Notes under the pieces: model-generated | Seen by the model: the letters and a program-made list of their open reading frames with translations, nothing else | The model's database searches: none | What the model was told of the DNA's origin: nothing | DNA from: Blastocystis sp. Blastoise | Lineage: Eukaryota > Protista > Bigyra: Opalinata | NCBI GenBank assembly: GCA_039096225.1 | Contig: JBBPEB010000005.1 | Span: 930,001 to 994,000 of the forward strand | DNA: 64,000 bases | Direction: 5' to 3' | Shown here: positions 23,356-33,322 of the stretch, one piece after another | Position numbering within the stretch: position 1 is the first letter of the stretch | How the letters are laid out: each line of letters starts with the position of its first letter | Made by a program: the position numbers and the translations under genes

Positions 23356-23422
23356 TTCTATGAAATGTTATAAAATATTAATAATAAATTTGTTTTGTTT
23401 ATAAATAATTTAATTTTTAATA

Positions 23423-25219
23423 ATGCAATCAACAGGTTATTCAGATAAAGATTGTGAAGAATTCTTTACAAATTGTATAGATCAATTATTACATTGGAAG
23501 AAAATACAATTATCAACAAGTATAAATTGGAAGAAATGGATAAAGACAATATGTAAGAAATTTCGTAATGAAGAACGAATTCAAATAGATGATATGGAAG
23601 AACCATTCTTTTGTGTAGAAGTCTTAACAGATCCATTTCAATTTCAAAATGTTATGCAACATACACAAACAGAAGCTCCTGGACAACAAGGTGGATTATC
23701 CAATACTACTGTAGCTAATTATATGCAAATGATTACTTATATAATGAAGAATATATCTATTTGTACAGATGATGAAGATATCATTAATTATAAAGCATTT
23801 ACTCCACAAAATATAAAGAAATGGGAACATTTATGGGGTTCTTTACAAATAGATGCTACTTATTCAAGACATTATGAAATTACTCAGAAAATTATTAATT
23901 GTGAAGCTGATTGGGGAGAAATCATTAATATCACCAAAAAGAATTATTTAGAAAATCCTAATGATTTATATTATGTGAATAGTTATTTATTAGTTTTAAC
24001 TTATGATACATTATGTGCTCGTAATGATTATAATGATTGTGTAATCTATACTCGTGGTCAACAAATTCCTTTATCGTTAAGAAGAACAACCAATTATATT
24101 GATTTAAATACTTTGACTATTCATGTGAATGATACAAAGAATCGATTTGAAATTGGTAAGAATGAATATCCTACTTATCAGTATTTATCAGAAGAATATC
24201 TAAATGTCTTAGCTAGATCCTTACGTTTATTTCCAAGACATTATTTATTTGTTACTGAGAATGGTGGGAAAGTACGTGATTTGAAATTTGGTGATGAATA
24301 TATAAAACCTCATTTAGGATGGATTTATAAAACACAACAGAATAATTCTTTAATTAATGGTTGTGATATTATAAGACATTTATTTGCTCAATATTATTAT
24401 AGATTATCAAGAGAAGCACAATTCCAACATAATGATTCAGAACATGAATCTAAAGGTGTAGAACTCTTTGAAAACTCTATTATGAAGATGTTACATAGTC
24501 AATCAACACATATGGAAAATTATATATCTCCTTATTTATCTTCTCATTCAACTAAATTACAAGATTTAGATAATAAAACAAGAACATTTCATATTGATAT
24601 GAATAATATTACTTATACAAGAGAAATTAATCAATTAAATAAATTATTATTTTTATGTAAACGATTTAATGATCGTATAGAACAATATGATGAAGATTAT
24701 GAAGATGTATTTGGTAAAGAGAATTTCAATATGAAATCAGAATCGATATTATCTACATTAGAACAATATTCATCAGATAATGATACTATAATGATTACAG
24801 TAAGATATTATAAAGATCTATTAAAGCATAAGTATCCTGATAAAAACGATTTAGAAAATGAATTACCTGTAGGATGTTCATTAGAATCTGAAGAAGTTCC
24901 AGAGAATTCTAGAGATCGTTATAATCGTTTTATACGTAATAAACAATTATTACCTGATCATTTACATAATAATACAACAGATTCAGAATTAACGAATACT
25001 CAAGCATCTCTTATGCAACAGAATACCCAAGATGAAAACTCTACACCTATAGTTATGAATAATTCAGATACTTATGCATTACGTAGTCTTTCTACTATGC
25101 CTCCTTTAGAACCTATTCATCGTGGTCATGGTTTATTGAAAAAACATAAAAGTAATGCATTCTTTAAAGTCAAAGTCCCTAAAAAACATTTTCATGGAAT
25201 TCAATTTAAATTTTATTAA
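23423..25219 (+). CDS. Tyrosine recombinase, long form (598 aa)
   Basis: Catalytic pattern CARNDY (R), VNDTKN (K), DIIRH (R), HSQSTHMENY (H, Y at +9); aligns motif by motif with the 315-aa recombinase. Confidence 0.75.
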   Translation: MQSTGYSDKDCEEFFTNCIDQLLHWKKIQLSTSINWKKWIKTICKKFRNEERIQIDDMEEPFFCVEVLTDPFQFQNVMQHTQTEAPGQQGGLSNTTVANYMQMITYIMKNISICTDDEDIINYKAFTPQNIKKWEHLWGSLQIDATYSRHYEITQKIINCEADWGEIINITKKNYLENPNDLYYVNSYLLVLTYDTLCARNDYNDCVIYTRGQQIPLSLRRTTNYIDLNTLTIHVNDTKNRFEIGKNEYPTYQYLSEEYLNVLARSLRLFPRHYLFVTENGGKVRDLKFGDEYIKPHLGWIYKTQQNNSLINGCDIIRHLFAQYYYRLSREAQFQHNDSEHESKGVELFENSIMKMLHSQSTHMENYISPYLSSHSTKLQDLDNKTRTFHIDMNNITYTREINQLNKLLFLCKRFNDRIEQYDEDYEDVFGKENFNMKSESILSTLEQYSSDNDTIMITVRYYKDLLKHKYPDKNDLENELPVGCSLESEEVPENSRDRYNRFIRNKQLLPDHLHNNTTDSELTNTQASLMQQNTQDENSTPIVMNNSDTYALRSLSTMPPLEPIHRGHGLLKKHKSNAFFKVKVPKKHFHGIQFKFY

Positions 25220-25263
25220 TTTTAAAACAAAACAACTTTTTATAATAAAAAATAAATATATAT

Positions 25264-28200
25264 TTAATTTGGTATAGCATATAAAGTATTATCTATTAAA
25301 ATTCGTTTTGTTGATGACGTATTATGATATTGATCTTCACTATAAACAATTTCTTCTTTCTTAGATAAACAATTGGATAAACAGAATAAATCTGTATCCA
25401 CACATTCATTATAAGTATTATCAATCATTAAACCACAAATACCAATAGCATTCCCCCCCTTATAGAAATTTGAAGTATGTTTTCTATGAATATTCACAAT
25501 ATCTATAGAATTAAATGTATCTTTACTACTTAAACAACCAAATAAAGCATTTGTAAATTTATCTAAATCTTTCTTAATCGTAAATTGATTATTATTATTC
25601 ACTTTCTTATAACTATTAAAAATATCTTCAATAGTAACTACATTCAAATAATAAGGATCTATAGTAATATGGTTATCAACAAAAGATTTCAAATCATATC
25701 CTTCTGTACTACGATCAAAGAATCGTTTCTTACATTCACTTATATGATATTCATTATCTAATTCATGCATATCTAATTGCATACTAGAATAGAAATAATT
25801 ACTTACTAGATAACTAAAGATAATAGAACGATTCTGATAGAATTTATCGGATAGAGTATAATCCATTTCATAATGATTAGGTTTCAATCTCTTTTCTACT
25901 GTCTGTTTACGTTTAGGTAAATTATGATCTACATAATCTTCATATAAATTAGCATTACCAGGAGGGAAATAACGACAACATGATGGTAAGAAACAAACTC
26001 TTCTTTCAATAGGACCAGCATTCACAGCAGTAGGTTGGATATTACTTGTCATAAATAAAGTACCCGTGAAATGAACTTTTGTAAATATATTACTGAATAA
26101 TTTACGAGCACTAGCACCTTCTTTCTTTTCTGCTATTTCTTTAAAGACTTTAGAAGAGAATGGATTGAATGTTTTCTTTCTACCAGTAACATCTTCTTCT
26201 ATTAATTCATTCATATAATACATTGTTTTATTAGACATATCTACAATCTTAGGAGCTATAGATGTTTCTTCTAAATTATCTGGATTTACTATAATACATT
26301 GATTACTACCTACAATACGAGAAATTAAATCAGTTGTTATTGTTTTACCATTACTACCTGTACTACCATATAATATATAAGAAACTGTTTTCTGAGTATT
26401 GACATAGAAAGCAGTGGTTAAGATACGTAACATAATACTTTCATATTTTTTATCGAATTCACAATATCTTGCAATATGTTGTTCAAATAATTGGATAATA
26501 TCTTTCTGTTCATTATTTATATTCCAACTTACATTAAATTCAGTATCAATTAATAAATCTTCAAACACCATATCTTCTTTATGATATGGTTGGATATAAT
26601 ATTGTCTAGGATCTTCTTCTGTAGATTCTTTTGGATATAAATAACCAAGTTGTGTATAGATAACACGTTCTTTATGAACCATATACGTATCTAAATATTC
26701 TTTATAAGATTTACCATAAGTCTTCAAATAACGATTCAACCATTCTTTATAATGATATTCATTAGTAACAGAAGCAGACATTATTTTATCAACTATTTTT
26801 TGATGTTGTTCATTCTCTTTGGAATATAATCTTGATAATTTGAATTTCTCTACAATCGATTTCATAAATGTAGTTATTTTGGTTTCAAAGAAATTAATAT
26901 CATAATTATTCTTACAACGTCTTAAGATATTATATTCATCAAATGTATATAAGATAAAATTATCTTTATCTAATATAATAGATACAATTTCATTAAATTC
27001 TAATAATTGAAATAACATAACTAATGTTTGTGAATCTACAAGATTAAAGGATTGAATACATTCTAAAATAGACATAAATATGAAATCATTATCATCATCT
27101 TTATTAAATAATTTATTATCCATTAATATCTTCAAAATATAATTATTCGATAAATGAGTAGGATCAACTTGTATATGATTCCATGTAGATTCAATTACAT
27201 CATCACTTCGATCATGACCATAACGCAATGAATAATTTTTAAATAATTCTAATCCTCTTGTTGTATTACAAATCTGTTTTGCTGCACAACATAATTTATA
27301 CCAAGTATTATGGGATTCAAAATAATTCATATCTTCAATAGAACCAATCAATAATAAATATCGTTCTAATAAAGCTTCTTTAGATGCTGTAGTATCCAAT
27401 ATAGTATCTGTATAAATCAACATAGGAATATCTTTAATATCTTGTATAGAACATAATATAGTACGTGAACAATTATTTAATCTTGTATAATAACGTTTAT
27501 AACGTGAATATTGTTTTAATTTATAAAAAATAATAGGATTAATAATATCACTTATAATATCATCTTCATTCTTATAATTCAATAATGTTTTGAAATAATA
27601 ATGTTCATCGATTTCATCATCTATTTTCTTCCATGTTTTATTGGTATATTCTTCATATAATTTATAAGTAGATGGAGAATTATCTTTACTACAACCAAGA
27701 AACATACAACCATTATTCTTTCTGGGTTTACCAATAACATTATAATCAATGAATTCTTTTATATCTAAATTATTCATTTTACATAAATCAACCAATTTGG
27801 TATTCAGAATCATACTATTATATAAGAAAAATAAATAATCACCATTTACAAACCAATTTGTATATATATGAATTCCCCATGAATAATGTATTTCATTATG
27901 AACTGTCTTCTTATTCACTTCTTTCTTTGTATACACAAGCGAAATAAATTCTTGATTATAATAATGAATACAATGATTACACATTTCTTCTATAAATTCA
28001 TGAATAAAAGAATCTGTTAGAAAAGAAAAATCATTTGATATTTGGTGATAATCTAAATCAAACCATAATCTTCTATAATTAGTTGATGTATTACAAGGAG
28101 TACAATCAATATAATGTAATAATTCTTTTGGATTTTGGTAATTAGTAAATAGACTTTTATAAAATGGGAATGGATTTGGTATAATAATTTCACTATGATT

Positions 28201-28266
28201 ATCTTTTGAATTATCATGATTAAAGGAACCAAAAGTATAAACAAAATGAATTTGTGAATTTTCCAT
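25264..28266 (-). CDS. AEP primase(-polymerase) fused to PriCT-2 and SF3 (D5-like) helicase
   Basis: AEP motifs WFDLDY, GIHIY and FID; PriCT-2-like TWYKLCCAAK..GLELF; Walker A GSTGSNGKT, Walker B YMNE, motif C FMTSN, Arg finger ERR. First ATG at 28266. Confidence 0.9.
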   Translation of the reverse strand: MENSQIHFVYTFGSFNHDNSKDNHSEIIIPNPFPFYKSLFTNYQNPKELLHYIDCTPCNTSTNYRRLWFDLDYHQISNDFSFLTDSFIHEFIEEMCNHCIHYYNQEFISLVYTKKEVNKKTVHNEIHYSWGIHIYTNWFVNGDYLFFLYNSMILNTKLVDLCKMNNLDIKEFIDYNVIGKPRKNNGCMFLGCSKDNSPSTYKLYEEYTNKTWKKIDDEIDEHYYFKTLLNYKNEDDIISDIINPIIFYKLKQYSRYKRYYTRLNNCSRTILCSIQDIKDIPMLIYTDTILDTTASKEALLERYLLLIGSIEDMNYFESHNTWYKLCCAAKQICNTTRGLELFKNYSLRYGHDRSDDVIESTWNHIQVDPTHLSNNYILKILMDNKLFNKDDDNDFIFMSILECIQSFNLVDSQTLVMLFQLLEFNEIVSIILDKDNFILYTFDEYNILRRCKNNYDINFFETKITTFMKSIVEKFKLSRLYSKENEQHQKIVDKIMSASVTNEYHYKEWLNRYLKTYGKSYKEYLDTYMVHKERVIYTQLGYLYPKESTEEDPRQYYIQPYHKEDMVFEDLLIDTEFNVSWNINNEQKDIIQLFEQHIARYCEFDKKYESIMLRILTTAFYVNTQKTVSYILYGSTGSNGKTITTDLISRIVGSNQCIIVNPDNLEETSIAPKIVDMSNKTMYYMNELIEEDVTGRKKTFNPFSSKVFKEIAEKKEGASARKLFSNIFTKVHFTGTLFMTSNIQPTAVNAGPIERRVCFLPSCCRYFPPGNANLYEDYVDHNLPKRKQTVEKRLKPNHYEMDYTLSDKFYQNRSIIFSYLVSNYFYSSMQLDMHELDNEYHISECKKRFFDRSTEGYDLKSFVDNHITIDPYYLNVVTIEDIFNSYKKVNNNNQFTIKKDLDKFTNALFGCLSSKDTFNSIDIVNIHRKHTSNFYKGGNAIGICGLMIDNTYNECVDTDLFCLSNCLSKKEEIVYSEDQYHNTSSTKRILIDNTLYAIPN

Positions 28267-28334
28267 GATTATTTGACTTATAAATAATGAAAATAAATAT
28301 GGTATAAAATTCAAAACAAATAATATATTAAAGA

Positions 28335-28472
28335 TTCTAGAAGTCAGTTTTGGAAGCTTCTAGAACATTCAAGAACATTCTAGAACATTCTAGAACATTC
28401 TATAATAGTAAATATTACTTTATATTTTTAAATGTTCTAGAACCTTCTAGAACCTTCTAGAACCTTCTAGAA
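28335..28472. promoter_or_regulatory. Two HSE-like arrays upstream of the primase-helicase gene
   Basis: TTCnnGAAnn repeats with 10-bp period at 28358-28400 and 28435-28472, plus a single unit at 28335. Confidence 0.75.
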
Positions 28473-28582
28473 CATCCTTTTTATACTTTAGTGTTTTAAA
28501 TGTATATACAATAAACAAAACAATTTTCAATGATTTTTTACAAGTTTATAAGTAAAAATAGAAAAATAAACAAGAAAAATAA

Positions 28583-29206
28583 TTAAATTTCAATTGGTTC
28601 TTGACTATTAATATATGTACATGAATGAGGCCATCCATTTTTATCATATAAAATACCATCCCAGAAATACATTTGTTTTGAAGGATCTCTTTTAATCTTG
28701 TTAATACTCTTAGCATGAACAACTTCATAAGTATAAACTTTACCTTTTTCATCATAAAGAAATCCATCTTCCATATGGAATTTCATAATATCAAAATCAT
28801 CATCTTTAGAATTCGAATGTTCTTTAGAATCTTCAGAACATAAAATAGTAGTTCTATCACTTTCTAAAAGATCTTCAGTATTGATAATATCTTGAATATC
28901 TTGTTCTTCATTAAGTTGTTGAGTATAAATATCAGCAGCGAATTCTTCATAATCTTCAAGACCTTTAATAACCGCGTTTATACGTTTTAAAGCTGATCTA
29001 TAGTTTTCGACTTCGAAAGAAGCAAGACGTTCTTTAGATTTTGCAATACCCAATAGATTCTTTTCTCTATTCAATTGAGACTGATGTAAATCAATATCAC
29101 GAAGAACATTCTTATGAACTTCAACAGCCTTCTTAGAATTCTTAAGAAGTTCCATACGAACAGTTTGAAGACATTTACGGGAATCAGCAGAAAGATTAAA
29201 TTGCAT
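28583..29206 (-). CDS. Hypothetical viral protein with N-terminal coiled coil (207 aa from the first ATG)
   Basis: Conserved in copy 2; short HSE at 29318-29335 upstream. Confidence 0.75.
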   Translation of the reverse strand: MQFNLSADSRKCLQTVRMELLKNSKKAVEVHKNVLRDIDLHQSQLNREKNLLGIAKSKERLASFEVENYRSALKRINAVIKGLEDYEEFAADIYTQQLNEEQDIQDIINTEDLLESDRTTILCSEDSKEHSNSKDDDFDIMKFHMEDGFLYDEKGKVYTYEVVHAKSINKIKRDPSKQMYFWDGILYDKNGWPHSCTYINSQEPIEI

Positions 29207-29604
29207 TATAATCGCGAATATCGTTACAGAGAGAAAATTTATATTTATCAAAATGAAATAAATAATACATTTAAATGGAATATTAAATATTCTAGGAGAC
29301 AGTGTAGAATCTCTATGGAATGTTCTAGAAGGTTCATTTGATTGGCTAATTTTGTCGACTTAGCATTTTTTATTTGTGTTTCAATGACGAGTATAGTTGG
29401 CATCTGTAATCTGATTGGATAAAAAAATTAGTAAAACACAATTAGACGATGACGACGATGTGTCATACGAAATAAGTTATTTTATTGGCTTATTTTCCAG
29501 CTGGAAGCAATAGGCTTTTGTTAGCAACTGAAATGAAGAACTGTACACTAAAAATAGTATATTTAATATATTGTATAAAAATACTTTTGAAGGTTTAAAT
29601 AATC

Positions 29605-30132
29605 ATGGAAATTCCTGATAGTCTTTCTGCCAGTTTATCCCCTTTCGGTCAAGCCATGATATCCCCCTTGTTGAATCCATTTGAAAATAGTGTTTCTGCA
29701 AATCCTATGGCTTTACCCAATGATAATGATTTCTGTTTTAATTCGCGTGACGAAATCATGTTTGAAGATCCACCTCAAGAAATTCATCCAATCAATGATG
29801 TTTACGTATCTAAAAATCCAGATAGATATCATTCGGTTAACAATCAACCAATACAATTTCAAGATCAAGTAAATACAAATCCTGATAAGCAAGCATTATT
29901 ATTTACAAATGAGGAGTTAACAAATATATCCAGTCAATTCGAATCTTTATTTCAAACTATTGAAACAGCTGATAATATATTAAATGGTATTTATTGTACT
30001 GTTGATCATTTAAAAACAAAGATTGAAAGTCAGAAACAAGATTTGAAACAGATTCATGATGATTCTAAAGAAATTGTTTCATTATTATCCGAATATTCTA
30101 TTCCTTCTATGTCTGAAATATTTGATCATTAA
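29605..30132 (+). CDS. Hypothetical viral protein, 175 aa, acidic N-terminus and C-terminal coiled coil
   Basis: Conserved in copy 2; upstream divergent promoter region 29340-29520 contains three ATTGG (CCAAT) boxes. Confidence 0.75.
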   Translation: MEIPDSLSASLSPFGQAMISPLLNPFENSVSANPMALPNDNDFCFNSRDEIMFEDPPQEIHPINDVYVSKNPDRYHSVNNQPIQFQDQVNTNPDKQALLFTNEELTNISSQFESLFQTIETADNILNGIYCTVDHLKTKIESQKQDLKQIHDDSKEIVSLLSEYSIPSMSEIFDH

Positions 30133-30223
30133 TTATTTTTATTTAATTAATTATTTTGTTTTGTTTATTTTTTTTTTAAATTAATTACACAAAGTTTAAA
30201 TGGAGAATAGAATAGTTTCAAAT

Positions 30224-30331
30224 AGAATTCTTGAATGGTCTAATGGATCTATTAAAGAAATATGTAACCACAGTATCATGGTTCGATTCCGTTAAAATGT
30301 TTCCATTAGATTATTCAAGTGTTCTTTTTTT
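30224..30331 (+). ncRNA. Viral RNA polymerase III small RNA, VA-RNA-like architecture (~105 nt)
   Basis: A-box TGGTCTAATGG (30236-30246), B-box GGTTCGATTCC (30280-30290), T7 terminator (30325-30331), 18-bp terminal stem 30230-30247/30302-30319. Confidence 0.78.
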
Positions 30332-30377
30332 CTAGAACCTTCTCGAACCTTCTAGAACCTTCTAGAACCTTCTCGAA
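30330..30377. promoter_or_regulatory. HSE-like array upstream of the SSB-like gene
   Basis: Five TTCnnGAA units at 10-bp period. Confidence 0.75.
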
Positions 30378-30454
30378 AATTGATTCATTTGAAAAGAATA
30401 TCGTAAAATATTAGTATTAAAATACTTATATTTTTACTAAATACTTAACTAAAA

Positions 30455-31048
30455 ATGTCTACAACTGAATTTAAAAAACCTACTATTCTTGATACTTCTA
30501 ACTTTAATTTACAATGGGATGACACCAAAGAAAATGCTGTTCTTTTAAATAATAATCATCGTGTATGTATTTCTACTGATGCTACACCATGTTTATTTGG
30601 TTATATTGTTACACGTGATAAATGGACTTTATTAACAATTGAAGATGATAATCAAGTATTCTTAACTGCTTATAAAGAACTTTATCGTAAATTATGTGAA
30701 TTATGTCCTGATGGTGATATTGTTAATTTTGTACGTATGGATAATGGTAAATATAAGATTACAATTAAAGTACCTATTAATGCATCGAAGAATATTACTA
30801 TTGATATCACTGATAAAAGAGATAAGAAGATTAATATCGGTAAAGATCCTAAGTTAACTTACGAAGAAATACGTGAAAAGTATATTCCACCAAATACGTT
30901 ATGTAAAGTATTATTTACAATACATGGTATTCATCGTTATAATAACAAGTATTATATTGGTTTATATGCTCGTTCTATTAAAGTCATCGATAAATCTACG
31001 AAGAATACTAATAGTAATGATACTATTATTGATTTAACCAATTTATAA
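30455..31048 (+). CDS. Probable single-stranded DNA-binding protein (OB-fold, T7 gp2.5/NCLDV-like)
   Basis: Pattern ST..TPCLFG...helix...KITIKVP...IPPNTLCKVLFTIHGIHRYNNKYYIGLYARSIKV resembles NCLDV SSBs. Recognised by eye only. Confidence 0.55.
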   Translation: MSTTEFKKPTILDTSNFNLQWDDTKENAVLLNNNHRVCISTDATPCLFGYIVTRDKWTLLTIEDDNQVFLTAYKELYRKLCELCPDGDIVNFVRMDNGKYKITIKVPINASKNITIDITDKRDKKINIGKDPKLTYEEIREKYIPPNTLCKVLFTIHGIHRYNNKYYIGLYARSIKVIDKSTKNTNSNDTIIDLTNL

Positions 31049-31123
31049 ATTTTTAATGTTAAATTTATTTTTTATTAATATATTTGTTTTGTTTATAAAT
31101 AATTTTATAATTGAAATAAAAAA

Positions 31124-32752
31124 ATGCAAAGTTGTATATTAGGAATGCCAAGTCCTGGTACTTTTGGTATGAATTTAATTTCAACTGGAAAAGAATATAG
31201 GCGATATAATACACAACCATTACATAAAATGGATCAATATAATCCAATATTTCATGAAATAGGTCCAAATTCATCTATGCCTGTGTCTACTTTAGAAAGT
31301 AAAGAAATACATGATGGTAAAGAAGATGATTATGTAGATCGTTCTAAAACATTTGGTAAAGATGCTGTTCCACAAGGAAATGGTGCTTTAATTCGTGCTA
31401 GAGCAGCAGGTAAAGGTGTAATGAAAGCAGCTGGTCCAGAAGAAGATAAAATAGATGGTGAAGATCGTCAATATAAAGTATTAAATCCATGTAAACCAAG
31501 ACGTAAATCTGGTAGAGGTATTATTCCAAATAAATCAGAAATCAATAAATTAGAGAATAATCAAGGTTCTGGTATTGGTGATGCAATTAAAAATAAAGTA
31601 AAAGATATGTATCAACGAAATGTATTAGATATAAGAGATGCTATTGTAGATAAAAAAGCTAATAGAAAAGCTCGTGATGCATTAGCTATTTTAGCTCAAT
31701 ATGTTGGTGACGGTCATCATGATCTTGATGATGAATTCAAAAGATTCTATGAACATAAAATTAAACGTGGTGGAAAGATTCCTATATCTGTTGCTTCAGC
31801 AATTATGAATGCAATTAAAAATAAGAAAATGATTAATAATCCAAAATTAAGAAGAATGTTAAGACCCTCTATTATACCAAAATATATAGATTTAGATTCA
31901 GCTCAAAGTGGTGATGGTATATTAAGAGTTAAAAGAGGTGGTGGATTCTGGAGTGGAGTTATGAACTATGCACCAGCTCTTTTAGGTGTAGTTGATAAGG
32001 GTATGGATTCTTTTGCTAAAGGTAGAAAAGCTTATTATGATACACATTTGGCACAACAATCAAGTGAATTAAATGATATGGAATTTGAAATGGAAAAATT
32101 AAAACGTCAACAAGCATTAAATGAAATGAAAAAACAAATAGGTTCAGGAAATACAATAAATAAAATGTTTGAAGGATATTATGATGTAGCTGATGAAATG
32201 CAAGATGCTCTTGATGAAGATGATAGACTACATCCACAACCCGTTGTTCAACCTCCACCACCTCCACAACAACAAGTTGATCGACCTCCTCAATCTCAAC
32301 CTCCTCAACCTTATAAACCCATGTCTCGTGATGAACAAAGTTATTATTATAAGATTTATGGTTTCCCTCAAAATGATAAAGAGAAAGTCGATAGAAAATG
32401 GAAAGAAGATGAAAGGGATAAACGAATAGCTGCAAGAAGAGCTAAACGTAGAGGTTATGGTGGTCGAGTTAAATTAAGTAAAGCAGAATTCTTAGAACGA
32501 ATGAGAAGAGGAAAAGAAGCTAAAAAGAAAAGAGGTGGTGATTTGAATCCATTAGTATCATTTTATACAGATTTTATAATACCTGCAGGAGTGGCACGAA
32601 AAAAACGTAAAATACAAGAGGCTGATTTAAAACAATTACAAATTATAAAACAGAAAATAGATAATAATGAAACATTAAATACAGGTGACGAATTGTTCTG
32701 GAAAAAAAAGAAGTATATGTTATCAAAAAACTCAGGGGAGGGGATCTGGTAA
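31124..32752 (+). CDS. Basic virion core polyprotein precursor, 542 aa
   Basis: K/R-rich, with four GG motifs (KRGG x3, GYGG) and about seven GxG motifs; amphipathic segment after KRGG; directly upstream of the protease. Confidence 0.65.
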   Translation: MQSCILGMPSPGTFGMNLISTGKEYRRYNTQPLHKMDQYNPIFHEIGPNSSMPVSTLESKEIHDGKEDDYVDRSKTFGKDAVPQGNGALIRARAAGKGVMKAAGPEEDKIDGEDRQYKVLNPCKPRRKSGRGIIPNKSEINKLENNQGSGIGDAIKNKVKDMYQRNVLDIRDAIVDKKANRKARDALAILAQYVGDGHHDLDDEFKRFYEHKIKRGGKIPISVASAIMNAIKNKKMINNPKLRRMLRPSIIPKYIDLDSAQSGDGILRVKRGGGFWSGVMNYAPALLGVVDKGMDSFAKGRKAYYDTHLAQQSSELNDMEFEMEKLKRQQALNEMKKQIGSGNTINKMFEGYYDVADEMQDALDEDDRLHPQPVVQPPPPPQQQVDRPPQSQPPQPYKPMSRDEQSYYYKIYGFPQNDKEKVDRKWKEDERDKRIAARRAKRRGYGGRVKLSKAEFLERMRRGKEAKKKRGGDLNPLVSFYTDFIIPAGVARKKRKIQEADLKQLQIIKQKIDNNETLNTGDELFWKKKKYMLSKNSGEGIW

Positions 32753-32844
32753 AGAGTAAAGATGAAAAACTTATTCAAAATTCAATGAATTGCGATAATC
32801 CTATTATATCTGATAAAACTCGTCATGTTACTCCTAGATCCCCT
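32725..32844 (+). other. Putative -1 programmed ribosomal frameshift signal (A_AAA_AAC plus downstream stem-loop)
   Basis: Heptamer 32725-32731 is in the correct phase; stem AGGGGATCTGG (32739-32749)/CTAGATCCCCT (32834-32844); the -1 frame is open into the protease. Confidence 0.75.
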
Positions 32845-33318
32845 GATAATTTCAAACAAACTCTATCTCAATATTGTAATATACCAAATTCTTTAATATC
32901 TCAATTATATAATTATGCTTATTTAAATAAACCTACCTCTTCTGTTGCTTGTGATCGTGCTGAAAATGTTATGAAACAATTAAATAAAACGAATTCTCAA
33001 TCTTATAATTATTATAATAGTTATGATGATTTTGAACAAAATATAGATCAAGATCAAACTAAATTTAATATGATCTTTCATGAAAGTCCTAGTGATCCTT
33101 ATAATGGTCATTTTGAAGCTGTTATTTATAATGGTAATAAAAACATAGAACACTATTCATCATTAGGAAATGAACCTACTTTTTCAAAATCATTTATTCA
33201 AAATCATAATATTCAATATAATCCTATTCAACACCAAAAAACTACAAGTAATGCAAATGGTTGCTTTTATTATTCTTTACTTTATTTACTTTCTAATGGA
33301 AATCTTATGCCTTGTTAA
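32785..33318 (+). CDS. Adenain-like (clan CE) maturation cysteine protease; probably translated from 32731 via frameshift
   Basis: GHFEAV (His), YSSLG (aligns with FEPFG/FDSFG), YNPIQHQ (oxyanion Gln), GCFYYSLLYL (Cys). Confidence 0.8.
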   Translation: MNCDNPIISDKTRHVTPRSPDNFKQTLSQYCNIPNSLISQLYNYAYLNKPTSSVACDRAENVMKQLNKTNSQSYNYYNSYDDFEQNIDQDQTKFNMIFHESPSDPYNGHFEAVIYNGNKNIEHYSSLGNEPTFSKSFIQNHNIQYNPIQHQKTTSNANGCFYYSLLYLLSNGNLMPC

Positions 33319-33322
33319 AACC

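Noticed and set aside
28335-28472. CRISPR array or plain satellite
   Set aside because: No unique spacers; 10-bp phased palindromes restricted to positions upstream of genes fit HSEs better.
32702-32710. A_AAA_AAG as the frameshift site
   Set aside because: It lies about 28 nt from the stem, and a downstream difference between copies (32713) is silent only in the core frame; A_AAA_AAC fits better.
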